A DNA stretch of 32,000 nt from NCBI GenBank assembly GCA_942493095.1, contig OW818675.1, positions 2,250,001 to 2,282,000 on the forward strand, in the 5' to 3' direction. The translations under genes and the position numbers were made by a program. Shown here in pieces: positions 1 through 8,352 of the stretch. Numbering within the stretch: the stretch's first letter is position 1; each line of letters starts with the position of its first letter. The notes under the pieces were generated by a model. The model was not told the origin of the DNA. It saw only the letters and a program-made list of their open reading frames with translations, and ran no database searches. This DNA comes from Candidatus Electronema halotolerans. GTDB lineage: Bacteria; Desulfobacterota; Desulfobulbia; Desulfobulbales; Desulfobulbaceae.

Positions 1-1605
1 TTCCCAGCTATCCTTGACCGCGTACTCAGCCAAGCCCATTTTCTTGCACAGCTCGCTGCCGATCCACCAAGCCGGCTTGGTATCATACATCGGCTCAATC
101 GCAGGCTGGCGCAGGGCCACGCCGGTTTCGCGGGTCTCAATTTTGAACAGGCCGTCATGCCGCTCCAAATAGGTGCATTCCGGCAGGATGACATCCGCCA
201 TCATGACCGTGTCTGTGGGCAGGATGTCAACCGCGACCATGAAATCAAGGCTGTTGATCGCCCTTTTGGTCTCTTCCGGCGCAGGCAGGCTTTTGAGCAG
301 ATTGGTGCCGCAGACAAACCACGCCTTGATCGGATAGGGCTTGCCGGTGATTGACACCTCCCGCACCACCTGAGTCAGGCCCTCACCGCCAGCAAAGGGA
401 TAATTGCCTTTGATGATCGGGTCCTCATCAGGAATCGGGTATTCAGGAATGCCGTCATTAAACCAAGCCAGCTTGCTCTTGGGCGGCAGCCATATCCCGC
501 CTTCCCGGCCCCAAGAGCCGAGGATGGCGTTGATGATCGCCATAGCCCGCGAACGCTGGGCATCATCGCCATACCAGGCAACGTGACGGCCTGGATGAAT
601 CATGACATTGGGGGCATAGCGGCCAAGATCACGGGCCGCATCAATAATGTCGGCCTCATGCAGCTCGGTTTCCTTGGCGCACCATTCTGCGGTGTACTCT
701 TTGACCGCCTCTTTCAGCTCCTCAAAACCGACCGTGTATTGGGCGACATAGTCCTTGTCATGCCAGCCATTGCTGATGATCAGGTTGATCCAGGTCAGGA
801 GAAGGGCCGTATCTGTGCCTGGCTTGATCGGCAGCCAGAGCGAGGCCTTGGAGGCGGCAGTGGAGTAGCGGGGATCAACGCAGATGATTTTCGCGCCCCT
901 GCCCACGGCCTCGGCAAACTCCTGATTCTGGGAATTGTGCATGTTCTCACCCAGATGAGTGCCAAAGAGAACGATGACCTTGCTGTTTTGCAGATCAACC
1001 CGCTCACAGCTTGAGCCGGGCTTGTGGCCGTAGGTCAGCTCCCAAGCAACATCACGGATGCCTTTGCACTGGGCAAAAGAGGGAAAGGCTATGTTGGCGG
1101 AACCTCTTGCCATGAGCAGGTTGGTGAAATAATCGCCCGGGGAGCCGTGCGAAAGCATGGCCAAGGCTTGCGCGCCGTATTTGTCAGCAACCTTATTGAG
1201 CTGCTCCGCAGTGTAACTCAACGCCTCATCCCAGCTCACCTCATCATACTTGCCCTCGCCGCGCTTGCTGCCCTTCTGGCGGATCATCGGCTTTTTCAGA
1301 CGGTTCTCATCATAAAGCTGGCCAATGCCTGCCTGCCCTCTGGCGCAAAGTTTGCCGTTGCTCTGGGGATGAAAGGGATTGCCCTCCAGCTTGACCACCA
1401 CATCCTCGCCTTTCCTGTTCTTCTTCACCTTGGCGATCACGCCGCATTTCCAGAAGCACATCTCGCAGCTTGTCGCCACATAGCGGACATCGCCGCCCTC
1501 AGCCTCGGCTCTGGCACGGGTCGAGAGAAAGGGCGTGTCGGCAATCAGGGTGCTTCCAGCGGACATGGCGGCCAATTTGAGAAAGTTCCTCCTCGAAAAA
1601 GCCAT
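1..1605 (-). CDS. Tat-exported molybdopterin (bis-MGD) oxidoreductase catalytic subunit, polysulfide/thiosulfate-reductase-like (PsrA/PhsA family); N-terminal 535 codons, 3' end lies beyond the window edge
   Basis: Hand translation of the minus strand from ATG 1603-1605 (SD AAGGAGAG upstream) stays open for all 535 codons to base 1. It is absent from the ORF track because no stop lies in the window. The N-terminus MAFSRRNFLKLAAMSAG...ARA/EAE is a twin-arginine signal. CEMCFWKCG...CARG is the Cx2Cx3C...C 4Fe-4S motif of the molybdopterin oxidoreductase family. The plus-strand track ORFs 583..1014 and 1024..1620 are its antisense shadows. Confidence 0.85.
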   Translation of the reverse strand, partial: MAFSRRNFLKLAAMSAGSTLIADTPFLSTRARAEAEGGDVRYVATSCEMCFWKCGVIAKVKKNRKGEDVVVKLEGNPFHPQSNGKLCARGQAGIGQLYDENRLKKPMIRQKGSKRGEGKYDEVSWDEALSYTAEQLNKVADKYGAQALAMLSHGSPGDYFTNLLMARGSANIAFPSFAQCKGIRDVAWELTYGHKPGSSCERVDLQNSKVIVLFGTHLGENMHNSQNQEFAEAVGRGAKIICVDPRYSTAASKASLWLPIKPGTDTALLLTWINLIISNGWHDKDYVAQYTVGFEELKEAVKEYTAEWCAKETELHEADIIDAARDLGRYAPNVMIHPGRHVAWYGDDAQRSRAMAIINAILGSWGREGGIWLPPKSKLAWFNDGIPEYPIPDEDPIIKGNYPFAGGEGLTQVVREVSITGKPYPIKAWFVCGTNLLKSLPAPEETKRAINSLDFMVAVDILPTDTVMMADVILPECTYLERHDGLFKIETRETGVALRQPAIEPMYDTKPAWWIGSELCKKMGLAEYAVKDSWE

Positions 1606-1705
1606 GATATCTCTCCTTGATTGAAAAAAACATAACCACCTGACTGACCGGCCTGCCGCGCCGGTCAATCGGTTTGTAAGAAATGTTCAGATTTAATGAA
1701 CTATG

Positions 1706-1734
1706 CTTCTACACCAAATTGTGGCACCTGTCAA
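1706..1734 (-). promoter_or_regulatory. Candidate sigma70-type promoter for the molybdoenzyme gene
   Basis: The minus strand reads TTGACA (1729-1734), a 17-nt spacer, then TAGAAG (1706-1711). The -35 is exact but the -10 is weak (4/6, lacks the final T). It sits about 100 nt upstream of the ATG at 1605. Confidence 0.25.
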
Positions 1735-1819
1735 CGAGCATAATGCGGCCTTTCTCCGTATGATACATGAACAGGCTGTTTTTGTTTTGCTTTTATTTTT
1801 ATGCCACAGTGTGTGCTGT

Positions 1820-3097
1820 TCAGGAGCGGAGGAAATGCCGCAGCACGGCGCAGAGATGCAGGCAGTCAGCGCAGGCGGCAGTCTCCCGGATGGAGTGCAT
1901 GGCCAAGGAGGGAATGCCGACATCCACAGTCTCAACCCCGATGCCGCTGGCGGTCAGCGGGCCGATAGTCGAGCCGCAGCCCATGTCGCTGCGGGAGACA
2001 AAGTCCTGCACCGGCACCCCGGCTTGCGCGCAGATTTGGCGAAATTTGGCAGCGGAAGCAGCAGTGGTGGCGTAGCGTTGGTTGGCATTGAACTTGATCA
2101 CCGGGCCAAGGCCCAGCTTGGGCAGGTGCTGCGGGTCATGCTTGGCGGCAAAGTTGGGATGGACCGCATGGGCGTTGTCCGCAGAGATGAAAAAGGATTG
2201 CCGCAGAACCGTCTGGCGGGCCGCCGCATCTGGCAGCAGCCGTTCGAGCAGCTCCCGCAGGAACGGTCCCTGTGCCCCGGCAGTGCTCATGCTACCCACC
2301 TCCTCATGGTCGTTGAGGACGATCAGGCAGTTTGCCTCTGCTGTCAGCAGGGCCTGAAGAGCGGCAAAGCAGGAAACCAAGTTGTCCAAGCGGGCACTGA
2401 CAAGAAACTCAGCCGCCAGACCAGTCCGGGCGGGCGGGGCAGGATCATAAAAAAACAGCTCATGGTCAATGATGCTGACCGGTTCCGCCTCCGGCTGCTG
2501 GCGGCGGAGCTGGTCGCGCAGGATTTGCTGGAAATCAGCAGGCTCCGCGCCTGCCAAGCCGAGCAACGGGACAATGTCAGTCTGCCTGTTGACCTCCTGC
2601 TGCTTATTGGCCTCGCGGTTGAGGTGGATGGCGAGGCTGGGAATAATGGCCACAGGCCGCTGGAAATCGAGCAAAGCAGAGCAGAGGCTGCCGTCCTTAT
2701 CCTGCCAGCAGACCCGCCCGGCCAAGGACAGCTCCCGGTCAAACCAAGGCCGGAGCAGTACGCCGCCATATATCTCCACGCCGAGCTGGAGGCAGTTCTG
2801 CTCGCGCCGCAGCGGATTGGGTTTGACTTTGAGGCCAGGGCTGTCTGTGTGTGCGCCGATCATCCGCAGGCCGCCTGCCATGTTCTCGCCCGGCCATGTA
2901 AAGCCGATCAGGCTGGAATCATTACGGAGGAGAAAATATTTTCCCACAGGCAGACTGCCCCAGTCCTCCTGTTCATGCAGGCGGGTGAAGCCTGCTGTCT
3001 CCAAGAGCGCGGCACCAGCAGCGGCGGCATGAAAGGCGGTGGGCGAGGTGCTGAGAAAACGAATCAGTCCGGCAAGGCAGTCATTTTTCGGCGACAT
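1820..3097 (-). CDS. M18-family (aspartyl) aminopeptidase
   Basis: 425-aa ORF. Carries the family-typical motifs: an N-terminal FL..SPT.FHA segment, GAHTDSPGLKVKP, DHEEVGS and a C-terminal SMHS.RE. Confidence 0.85.
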   Translation of the reverse strand: MSPKNDCLAGLIRFLSTSPTAFHAAAAGAALLETAGFTRLHEQEDWGSLPVGKYFLLRNDSSLIGFTWPGENMAGGLRMIGAHTDSPGLKVKPNPLRREQNCLQLGVEIYGGVLLRPWFDRELSLAGRVCWQDKDGSLCSALLDFQRPVAIIPSLAIHLNREANKQQEVNRQTDIVPLLGLAGAEPADFQQILRDQLRRQQPEAEPVSIIDHELFFYDPAPPARTGLAAEFLVSARLDNLVSCFAALQALLTAEANCLIVLNDHEEVGSMSTAGAQGPFLRELLERLLPDAAARQTVLRQSFFISADNAHAVHPNFAAKHDPQHLPKLGLGPVIKFNANQRYATTAASAAKFRQICAQAGVPVQDFVSRSDMGCGSTIGPLTASGIGVETVDVGIPSLAMHSIRETAACADCLHLCAVLRHFLRS

Positions 3098-3222
3098 AGG
3101 TTTGTTGAAATCTTTCAGTCTGTTAGGAGTTACGCAGTTGCATGAAGATTGACAGGATCAAGTGTATAAATCGGCTCTGAATTGCATCCCGGATAATTGA
3201 AGTTTTTGCCTCGAACCACAAG

Positions 3223-3987
3223 TCAGCGGGGACGCAACGTGCGGCGATGGCCAAGAACATGCAGCAGCCAGTCAAAGCCGAATTTAAGCAGCTCGCTGTC
3301 CTCCTGCTCAATCCGGCGGCGGCGGTCGCGCTCCAGCCTGAAGGCGGCCAAAAGATTGTGCTGCTCCACATATTCACGGAAGGCATCAAGGTTGTAGCAA
3401 ACCATGAAGGCGAGCTGCTGAAGCGGCCCGGCCTGCCCTTCCCCCTGCCACGGATTGCTGGCAAACAGGGCATCCACCTCGGCCCAGAGATCGTTGAAGA
3501 GATTGAAATCAAAGAGCTGCTGCTCGCGCTCCCACTGCTTGACCGTGCAGGCGTGCTTCTCCAAATGGCCTTTGCAATAGGAATGCTGGGTCAAAAACCA
3601 GCGGCTGCGCAAGGTGCCGTCAGCCGTCTTTTCCACAGCTCGCTCCAAGGGATAGGTGCGGCAGGCCGAAGGCCGGTCTTTATACATTGAGCAGCCCTGC
3701 TCAGTGAGAAACGGACAAAGATGCTCGCCATCAGGGCGCATGTTGAGCATCACGGCAGGAAAAAACGGATGCGCTCCTTGGCCCAAGCGGGTGTGCTCTT
3801 GAAGAAACGCTGCTGAGTGCATGGCCAGCCGCGTCTTTAAGCGCAGGACATCGTAAGGAAAAAGCCGCAGCTCGACTTGGCGGCAGCAGGAGAGAAAGCA
3901 GCTCACGCCCGCATGGCAGCGGAACGAAAACGGCTCCTTGCCCAGCTCCGGCCACGCGGAAACGGCATGTTCAGTATCTTCACGCAT
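3223..3987 (-). CDS. YkgJ/UPF0153-like cysteine-cluster (putative Zn/Fe-chelating) protein
   Basis: 254-aa ORF. Has an N-terminal Cys cluster FRCHAGVSCFLSCC followed by CPFLTEQGCSMYKDRPSACRTYP, the pattern of the CxxCxxCC-type putative metal-chelating domain family. The start is uncertain because no SD precedes ATG 3985-3987. Confidence 0.6.
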   Translation of the reverse strand: MREDTEHAVSAWPELGKEPFSFRCHAGVSCFLSCCRQVELRLFPYDVLRLKTRLAMHSAAFLQEHTRLGQGAHPFFPAVMLNMRPDGEHLCPFLTEQGCSMYKDRPSACRTYPLERAVEKTADGTLRSRWFLTQHSYCKGHLEKHACTVKQWEREQQLFDFNLFNDLWAEVDALFASNPWQGEGQAGPLQQLAFMVCYNLDAFREYVEQHNLLAAFRLERDRRRRIEQEDSELLKFGFDWLLHVLGHRRTLRPR

Positions 3988-4031
3988 GAGAAAAAGAAAA
4001 AGCCGGTCTGATGAAGGTCATCAAACCGGCT
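3988..4031 (-). terminator. Rho-independent terminator ending the ribosomal/alpha gene array
   Basis: The minus strand forms a 14-bp stem AGCCGGUUUGAUGA / UCAUCAGACCGGCU (one G-U pair, 3-nt loop; 4001-4031). It is followed directly by UUUUCUUUUUCUC (3988-4000). It lies 36 nt downstream of the rplQ stop. The plus strand also has a T7 run after the stem, so it is bidirectional in form. Confidence 0.75.
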
Positions 4032-4066
4032 GGGATGTTTTTTTACAGCAACAGACTGCTGTCTGC

Positions 4067-4465
4067 TTATTCTGCGTCGCTGCTCTGGCTCTGCTCCGTT
4101 GCAGGCTCTTCGTAATTGACCAATTCAATCAGGGCCATGGGCGCAGCATCGCCGGGCCGGTTGCCGGTGCGGATGATGCGGGTGTAGCCGCCCTGACGCT
4201 CGGCATACTGTGGAGCCAGCTCCTTGAAGAGCTTGGTGACAATGCTCTTGGAGCGGATGTAGGCTGCTGCCTGCCGCTGGGCATGGAGATCGCCGCGCTT
4301 GCCAAGGGTGATCATCTTTTCCGCCACCCGCCGAGTTTCCTTGGCCTTGGGCAACGTGGTGACAATCCGCTCGTGCTCCAGCAAAGAGGTGACGATATTG
4401 CGCAGCATGGCCATGCGATGGGCTGAATTCCGGCTCAGTTTTCTGCCCGATTTTCTATGTCTCAT
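4067..4465 (-). CDS. rplQ: 50S ribosomal protein L17
   Basis: Track ORF 4067..4486 trimmed to ATG 4463-4465. This gives [17 protein letters not shown], the canonical L17 N-terminus, with SD AAGGA about 7 nt upstream. The longer ORF starts at a TTG with no SD. Confidence 0.93.
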   Translation of the reverse strand: MRHRKSGRKLSRNSAHRMAMLRNIVTSLLEHERIVTTLPKAKETRRVAEKMITLGKRGDLHAQRQAAAYIRSKSIVTKLFKELAPQYAERQGGYTRIIRTGNRPGDAAPMALIELVNYEEPATEQSQSSDAE

Positions 4466-4522
4466 TTTTCTGTCCTTGTCTGTCAAAAAATCAAAGGGTC
4501 AAACAGCCGACACCTGACAATG

Positions 4523-5575
4523 TCACTCGTCCTCGTAGTCCTTGTCCCGTTCCCGCTCATCCGGCGGAATCCAGCCTTCAAGGTTCATGTTGAGGCTCAG
4601 GTTGTGCTGGGCCAGCAGGGCTTTGATCTCGTTGAGCGATTTGCGGCCAAAGTTCTTGGTCTTCAGCATTTCGGCATCTGTTTTCTGCACAAGCTGGCCG
4701 ATATACTGAATATCCGCATTTTTCAGGCAGTTGGCCGAACGGACGGAAAGCTCCAAATCCTCGACATTTTTATCAAGAAAGGCTGGATGATCAGCAGAAT
4801 CGCCATCGCCTTTCAGCCGCTCCGGGATGTCCGCCTCCTGCTCATTGAAATTGATGAAGATGGTCATCTGCTCCTTGAGAATCTTGGCCGCATACGCCAA
4901 GGCGTTCTCCGGCAGCACCGAGCCGTCAGTCTCAATTTCCAAGGTCAGGCGGTCATAGTCTGTGTGCTGGCCGACGCGGGCCTGACTGACCACGTGCTGA
5001 ATGCGGCGGATCGGCGAAAAGGCGGCATCAATTGGAATCACGCCAATGGGCTGATCCTCTTTTTTGTTCCATTCCGCCGAGACATAGCCCTTGCCCCACT
5101 GAATCTCCAATTCCGCCTGAAAAGTGGTATTTTCTCCGGTGATGGTGCAGATCGGCTGCTCAGGATTCATGATCTCCACCCCGGCACCGCCATCGATATC
5201 TGCCGCTGTCACTGGGCCGGGGCCGGTTTTTTTGATGAAGGCGACTCTTGCCTCCGAGGAGTTCAGCTTGGGCTGCACCTGCTTCAGATTGAGAATAATC
5301 TCAGCAACATCCTCGTGGACACCGTCAATGGTTGTGAACTCATGATCCGCCCCCTCGATGCGCACCGAAGTGATGGCGGCCCCACGGATGGACGACAAGA
5401 GTATCCTGCGCAGCGCATTGCCGATGGTCGCGGCGAAACCACGCTCCAGAGGCTGGCAGGTGAATTTGCCAAACCTGCTTGTATGCGTGTTTTTGGCAAC
5501 CTCCAGCCGTTCCGGCATAACCAAGTTATGCCAGTTCTTGTAAAAGGGATTGTCATCCCGGATTTCCTGTGCCAT
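4523..5575 (-). CDS. rpoA: DNA-directed RNA polymerase subunit alpha
   Basis: 350 aa. Has the alpha NTD signature ...[19 protein letters not shown]... and the [17 protein letters not shown]. Conserved position between rpsD and rplQ. Confidence 0.97.
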   Translation of the reverse strand: MAQEIRDDNPFYKNWHNLVMPERLEVAKNTHTSRFGKFTCQPLERGFAATIGNALRRILLSSIRGAAITSVRIEGADHEFTTIDGVHEDVAEIILNLKQVQPKLNSSEARVAFIKKTGPGPVTAADIDGGAGVEIMNPEQPICTITGENTTFQAELEIQWGKGYVSAEWNKKEDQPIGVIPIDAAFSPIRRIQHVVSQARVGQHTDYDRLTLEIETDGSVLPENALAYAAKILKEQMTIFINFNEQEADIPERLKGDGDSADHPAFLDKNVEDLELSVRSANCLKNADIQYIGQLVQKTDAEMLKTKNFGRKSLNEIKALLAQHNLSLNMNLEGWIPPDERERDKDYEDE

Positions 5576-5593
5576 GCAAGACCTGCCCTTGGG

Positions 5594-6223
5594 TTACTTG
5601 GAGTACAGTTCGACAATAAGATGCTCGTTGATCGGCATGGTGATCTCATCCCGAACCGGGGCTGTCTTGACCGTGCCCTTGAAATTGGCCTTGTCCAATT
5701 CAAGCCAGCCCGGCACGCCCCGGCGGACCGCGCCTTCGAGATTCTCCACCACGAGAGGATTCTTGCGGCTTTTTTCTTTCATGGTGATCACGCAGCCTGC
5801 CTTCACCTGAAAGGAAGGAATATCAACTTTTTTGCCGTTGACCTGAAAATGATTGTGACGGATGAGCTGTCTGGCCTGATCACGGGAGCTGGCAAAGCCG
5901 AGCCGGTAGATCACATTGTCAAGACGGCATTCGAGCATGGCCAGCAGGTTGTGGCCCGTGACCCCTTTTTTCCGGTCAGCTTCATGAAAATAGCGGCGGA
6001 ACTGGCCTTCGAGCATGCCGTAGATATGCTTGACCTTCTGCTTTTCCCGGAGCTGGATCGCATAGTCAGAGCTTTTCTTGAACTGATTCTGTCCATGCTG
6101 GCCCGGCGCATAAGCACGGCGTTCAAAAGAGCATTTATCAGAATGACAGCGCTCGCCCTTCAAGTACAGCTTGAGATTCTCCCTTCTGCACATCCTGCAT
6201 GAAGCTCCCGTATATCTGGCCAC
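5594..6223 (-). CDS. rpsD: 30S ribosomal protein S4
   Basis: 209 aa. GTG start at 6221-6223 with GGAGG 9 nt upstream. The N-terminus [15 protein letters not shown] is canonical. Four Cys at positions 9, 12, 26 and 31. Confidence 0.96.
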   Translation of the reverse strand: MARYTGASCRMCRRENLKLYLKGERCHSDKCSFERRAYAPGQHGQNQFKKSSDYAIQLREKQKVKHIYGMLEGQFRRYFHEADRKKGVTGHNLLAMLECRLDNVIYRLGFASSRDQARQLIRHNHFQVNGKKVDIPSFQVKAGCVITMKEKSRKNPLVVENLEGAVRRGVPGWLELDKANFKGTVKTAPVRDEITMPINEHLIVELYSK

Positions 6224-6321
6224 TTCAACAATCCTCCAAAAGCAAAAAAAATCAGTATCGGTTTTACGCTGCGGTCAGCACTGCGCTGGCAGCGACCGTA
6301 CAAAAAACAGCAGAAGTCCCT

Positions 6322-6723
6322 TCAAACCCGCCGACGTTTAGGCGGCTTGCAGCCATTGTGAGGAACCGGGGTGACATCAACAATTTTGCTGACTTCCAGA
6401 TCAGTGCCGCTCAGGGCGCGCAGGGCGGATTCACGGCCCGGCCCAGGGCCTTTGACCCGCACCTCCACTTTGCGCAGGCCATGCTCCTTGGCTTTGGCCA
6501 CTGCATCGCTCAGAGCGTTCTGGGCTGCGAACGGGGTTGATTTGCGGGAGCCTTTGAAGCCGATCACGCCCGCACTGGACCACGACAGGACATTGCCGAG
6601 CTTGTCGGACACAGTGACTAACGTGTTGTTGAAGGTCGAATAAATAAAGACTATCCCCTCCTGAACGTTCTTCCGTTCACGACGGGTTTTGCCCTTGGCC
6701 GCGCCTTTTTTCTCTTTTGCCAT
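6322..6723 (-). CDS. rpsK: 30S ribosomal protein S11
   Basis: 133 aa. Contains ...[26 protein letters not shown]...[13 protein letters not shown], the canonical S11 sequence. Confidence 0.97.
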   Translation of the reverse strand: MAKEKKGAAKGKTRRERKNVQEGIVFIYSTFNNTLVTVSDKLGNVLSWSSAGVIGFKGSRKSTPFAAQNALSDAVAKAKEHGLRKVEVRVKGPGPGRESALRALSGTDLEVSKIVDVTPVPHNGCKPPKRRRV

Positions 6724-6756
6724 GTTTGCTCCGTTCCTTGTTCAGGCTGCTACTGT

Positions 6757-7104
6757 TCAGCGTTTCGGCCCTTTGCGGGTCCTGGCATTGGTTTTGGTCC
6801 GCTGACCACGACAGGGAAGTCCTTGCCGATGCCGACGGCCCCGGTAGGTGCCAAGGTCAACCAGCCGCTTGATGTCCATTGCCACTTCGCGCCGCTTGTC
6901 ACCCTCGACCATATACTCAGCCTCGATGATCAGCCTGATGCGGTTGATATCATCGCCGCTCAGATCGTCCGAGTTCATCTGGTAGGGCAGATCCGCCTTG
7001 TCCAGAATCTTCCGGGCGGTTGTCAGGCCTATGCCGTAAATATAGGTCAAGGCCCTGTCCATGTGCTTGTTCCGTGGCAAATCCACGCCTGCTATACGTG
7101 CCAA
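6757..7104 (-). CDS. rpsM: 30S ribosomal protein S13
   Basis: 115 aa. The [11 protein letters not shown]-terminus is encoded with a TTG start at 7102-7104, and GAGGAG lies 7 nt upstream. Confidence 0.95.
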   Translation of the reverse strand: MARIAGVDLPRNKHMDRALTYIYGIGLTTARKILDKADLPYQMNSDDLSGDDINRIRLIIEAEYMVEGDKRREVAMDIKRLVDLGTYRGRRHRQGLPCRGQRTKTNARTRKGPKR

Positions 7105-7139
7105 GATTCTGCTCCTCGTCTCTTTATTGTCTGCGGGAA

Positions 7140-7253
7140 CTAACCCTGCCGCTGCTTATGCTTCGCATTCTTACAGGTGACCCGGACCACGCCCTTGCGT
7201 TTGTGGATTTTGCAGTCACTGCATATTTTTTTTACAGATGCCCGTACTTTCAT
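7140..7253 (-). CDS. rpmJ: 50S ribosomal protein L36 (Zn-binding CCCH form)
   Basis: Not in the ORF track (37 aa). Hand translation from ATG 7251-7253 gives [37 protein letters not shown], ending at stop TAG 7140-7142. SD GAGGAAG lies upstream. Conserved position between infA and rpsM. Confidence 0.92.
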   Translation of the reverse strand: MKVRASVKKICSDCKIHKRKGVVRVTCKNAKHKQRQG

Positions 7254-7274
7254 AATCAGCTTCCTCTTCGGTGA

Positions 7275-7511
7275 TCATTTGCCCCTGCCGCCCCCTTTGG
7301 AGCGGAAGGTGACGCGCCCTCTGGTCAGATCATAAGGAGACAGCTCCACTGTCACCCGGTCGCCAGGGAGAATTTTGATGTAGTGCATCCGCATCTTGCC
7401 GGAAATATGCGCCAAAACCCGATGTCCGTTGTCCAATTCAACCCGGAACATGGCGTTCGGCAGCGGCTCGATGATCGTGCCCTCAACTTCAATGGCTTCT
7501 TCTTTTGCCAT
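7275..7511 (-). CDS. infA: Translation initiation factor IF-1
   Basis: 78 aa. [41 protein letters not shown]...[19 protein letters not shown] is the canonical IF-1 S1 fold. Confidence 0.97.
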   Translation of the reverse strand: MAKEEAIEVEGTIIEPLPNAMFRVELDNGHRVLAHISGKMRMHYIKILPGDRVTVELSPYDLTRGRVTFRSKGGGRGK

Positions 7512-7536
7512 ACGCTTTCAATCCAATCTCTTATTT

Positions 7537-8346
7537 TCAGGAGGCAGGAGCTGTTGCGCAGTCTTTTTCCCGCCTGCTCAAGACCAGCGGCCCTGCCGCT
7601 GTCGCCGCCACCGAATGCTCAAAATGGGCTGAAGGCTGCCGGTCCGCAGTGACCACGGTCCAGCCGTCTTTCAGCACCTTGATTTTATGGGTTCCGGCAT
7701 TGATCATCGGCTCAATGGCCAGCACCATGCCCTCAATAATTCTTGGCGACGACTTGTCCTTCTGAACATAGTTGGGCACTTCCGGCCCCTCATGCAGACT
7801 GGAGCCGATGCCGTGGCCAACAAACTCGCGCACCACTGAATAGCCATGCTGCTCCGCATGCTGCTGCACAGCCCGCGAAATATCGGCAACCCGGTTGCCG
7901 ACCCTGACCTGCTGCACGCCCAGTTCCAAGGCCTGCCGGGTCACAGCAAGGAGCCGCTTCTTTTTCTCCGAAATTGCGCCGACAGGAATCGTCACCGCCG
8001 CATCGCCGTAAAAGCCCTGATACAGGACACCGAAGTCAACAGAAACAATGTCGCCTTCGCGCAGCTTGTTTTTTTTCGAGGCAATGCCATGCACCACTTC
8101 CTCGTTGATGGAGACGCAGAGATTGCCGGGAAAACCACGATAGCCCCGAAACGCAGGCACTGCCCCATGATCCCGGCAATATTCTCCGGCCCAGCGGTCC
8201 AGCTGCATGGTGCTCAAGCCCGGCGAAATGTTCTCTTCGAGCATCAGCAGGACACCGGCCACAATCTGATTGGCCTGCCGCATGATCTCGATTTCAGCGT
8301 CGGTCTTGACCGTGATGCGCTTTTCCTGTTCTTCTGCCGTAGTCAC
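7537..8346 (-). CDS. map: Type I methionine aminopeptidase
   Basis: 269 aa. ITVKTDAEIEIMRQANQIVAG aligns with the MAP N-terminal motif, and the metal-ligand context FVGHGIG, EPM... is present. GTG start at 8344-8346 lies 6 nt after the secY stop. Confidence 0.93.
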   Translation of the reverse strand: MTTAEEQEKRITVKTDAEIEIMRQANQIVAGVLLMLEENISPGLSTMQLDRWAGEYCRDHGAVPAFRGYRGFPGNLCVSINEEVVHGIASKKNKLREGDIVSVDFGVLYQGFYGDAAVTIPVGAISEKKKRLLAVTRQALELGVQQVRVGNRVADISRAVQQHAEQHGYSVVREFVGHGIGSSLHEGPEVPNYVQKDKSSPRIIEGMVLAIEPMINAGTHKIKVLKDGWTVVTADRQPSAHFEHSVAATAAGPLVLSRREKDCATAPAS

Positions 8347-8352
8347 GAGGGT

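Noticed and set aside
1722-1727. A TGGCAC element on the plus strand resembling the sigma54 -24 box.
   Set aside because: No TTGC -12 element sits at the required spacing (the sequence is TGGCAC-ctgtc-aacga). It also points rightward, antisense into the aminopeptidase gene.
3149-3170. TTGACA ... TATAAA on the plus strand between the YkgJ-like and aminopeptidase genes.
   Set aside because: The spacer is only 10 nt where 16-18 is needed. No plus-strand gene lies downstream.
3205-3222. A GGTTCGAGG motif on the minus strand just after the YkgJ-like stop, reminiscent of a tRNA T-loop.
   Set aside because: There is no flanking T-stem complementarity, no acceptor or anticodon arms, and no other tRNA-like features.
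4457-6202. 581-aa plus-strand ORF. Similar long plus-strand ORFs occur at 26443..28242 (599 aa), 22579..24003 (474 aa), 1703..3145 (480 aa), 7846..8835, 9718..10458, 10113..10877 and 583..1620.
   Set aside because: All lie antisense to strongly recognisable conserved genes (rpoA/rpsD, rpoB, rpoC, the aminopeptidase, map/secY, rplO, rpsE, the molybdoenzyme). Their translations are low-complexity, rich in Ala, Gly, Arg, Leu and His, and carry no recognisable motifs. Stop-poor antisense frames are expected in GC-rich, codon-biased genes.
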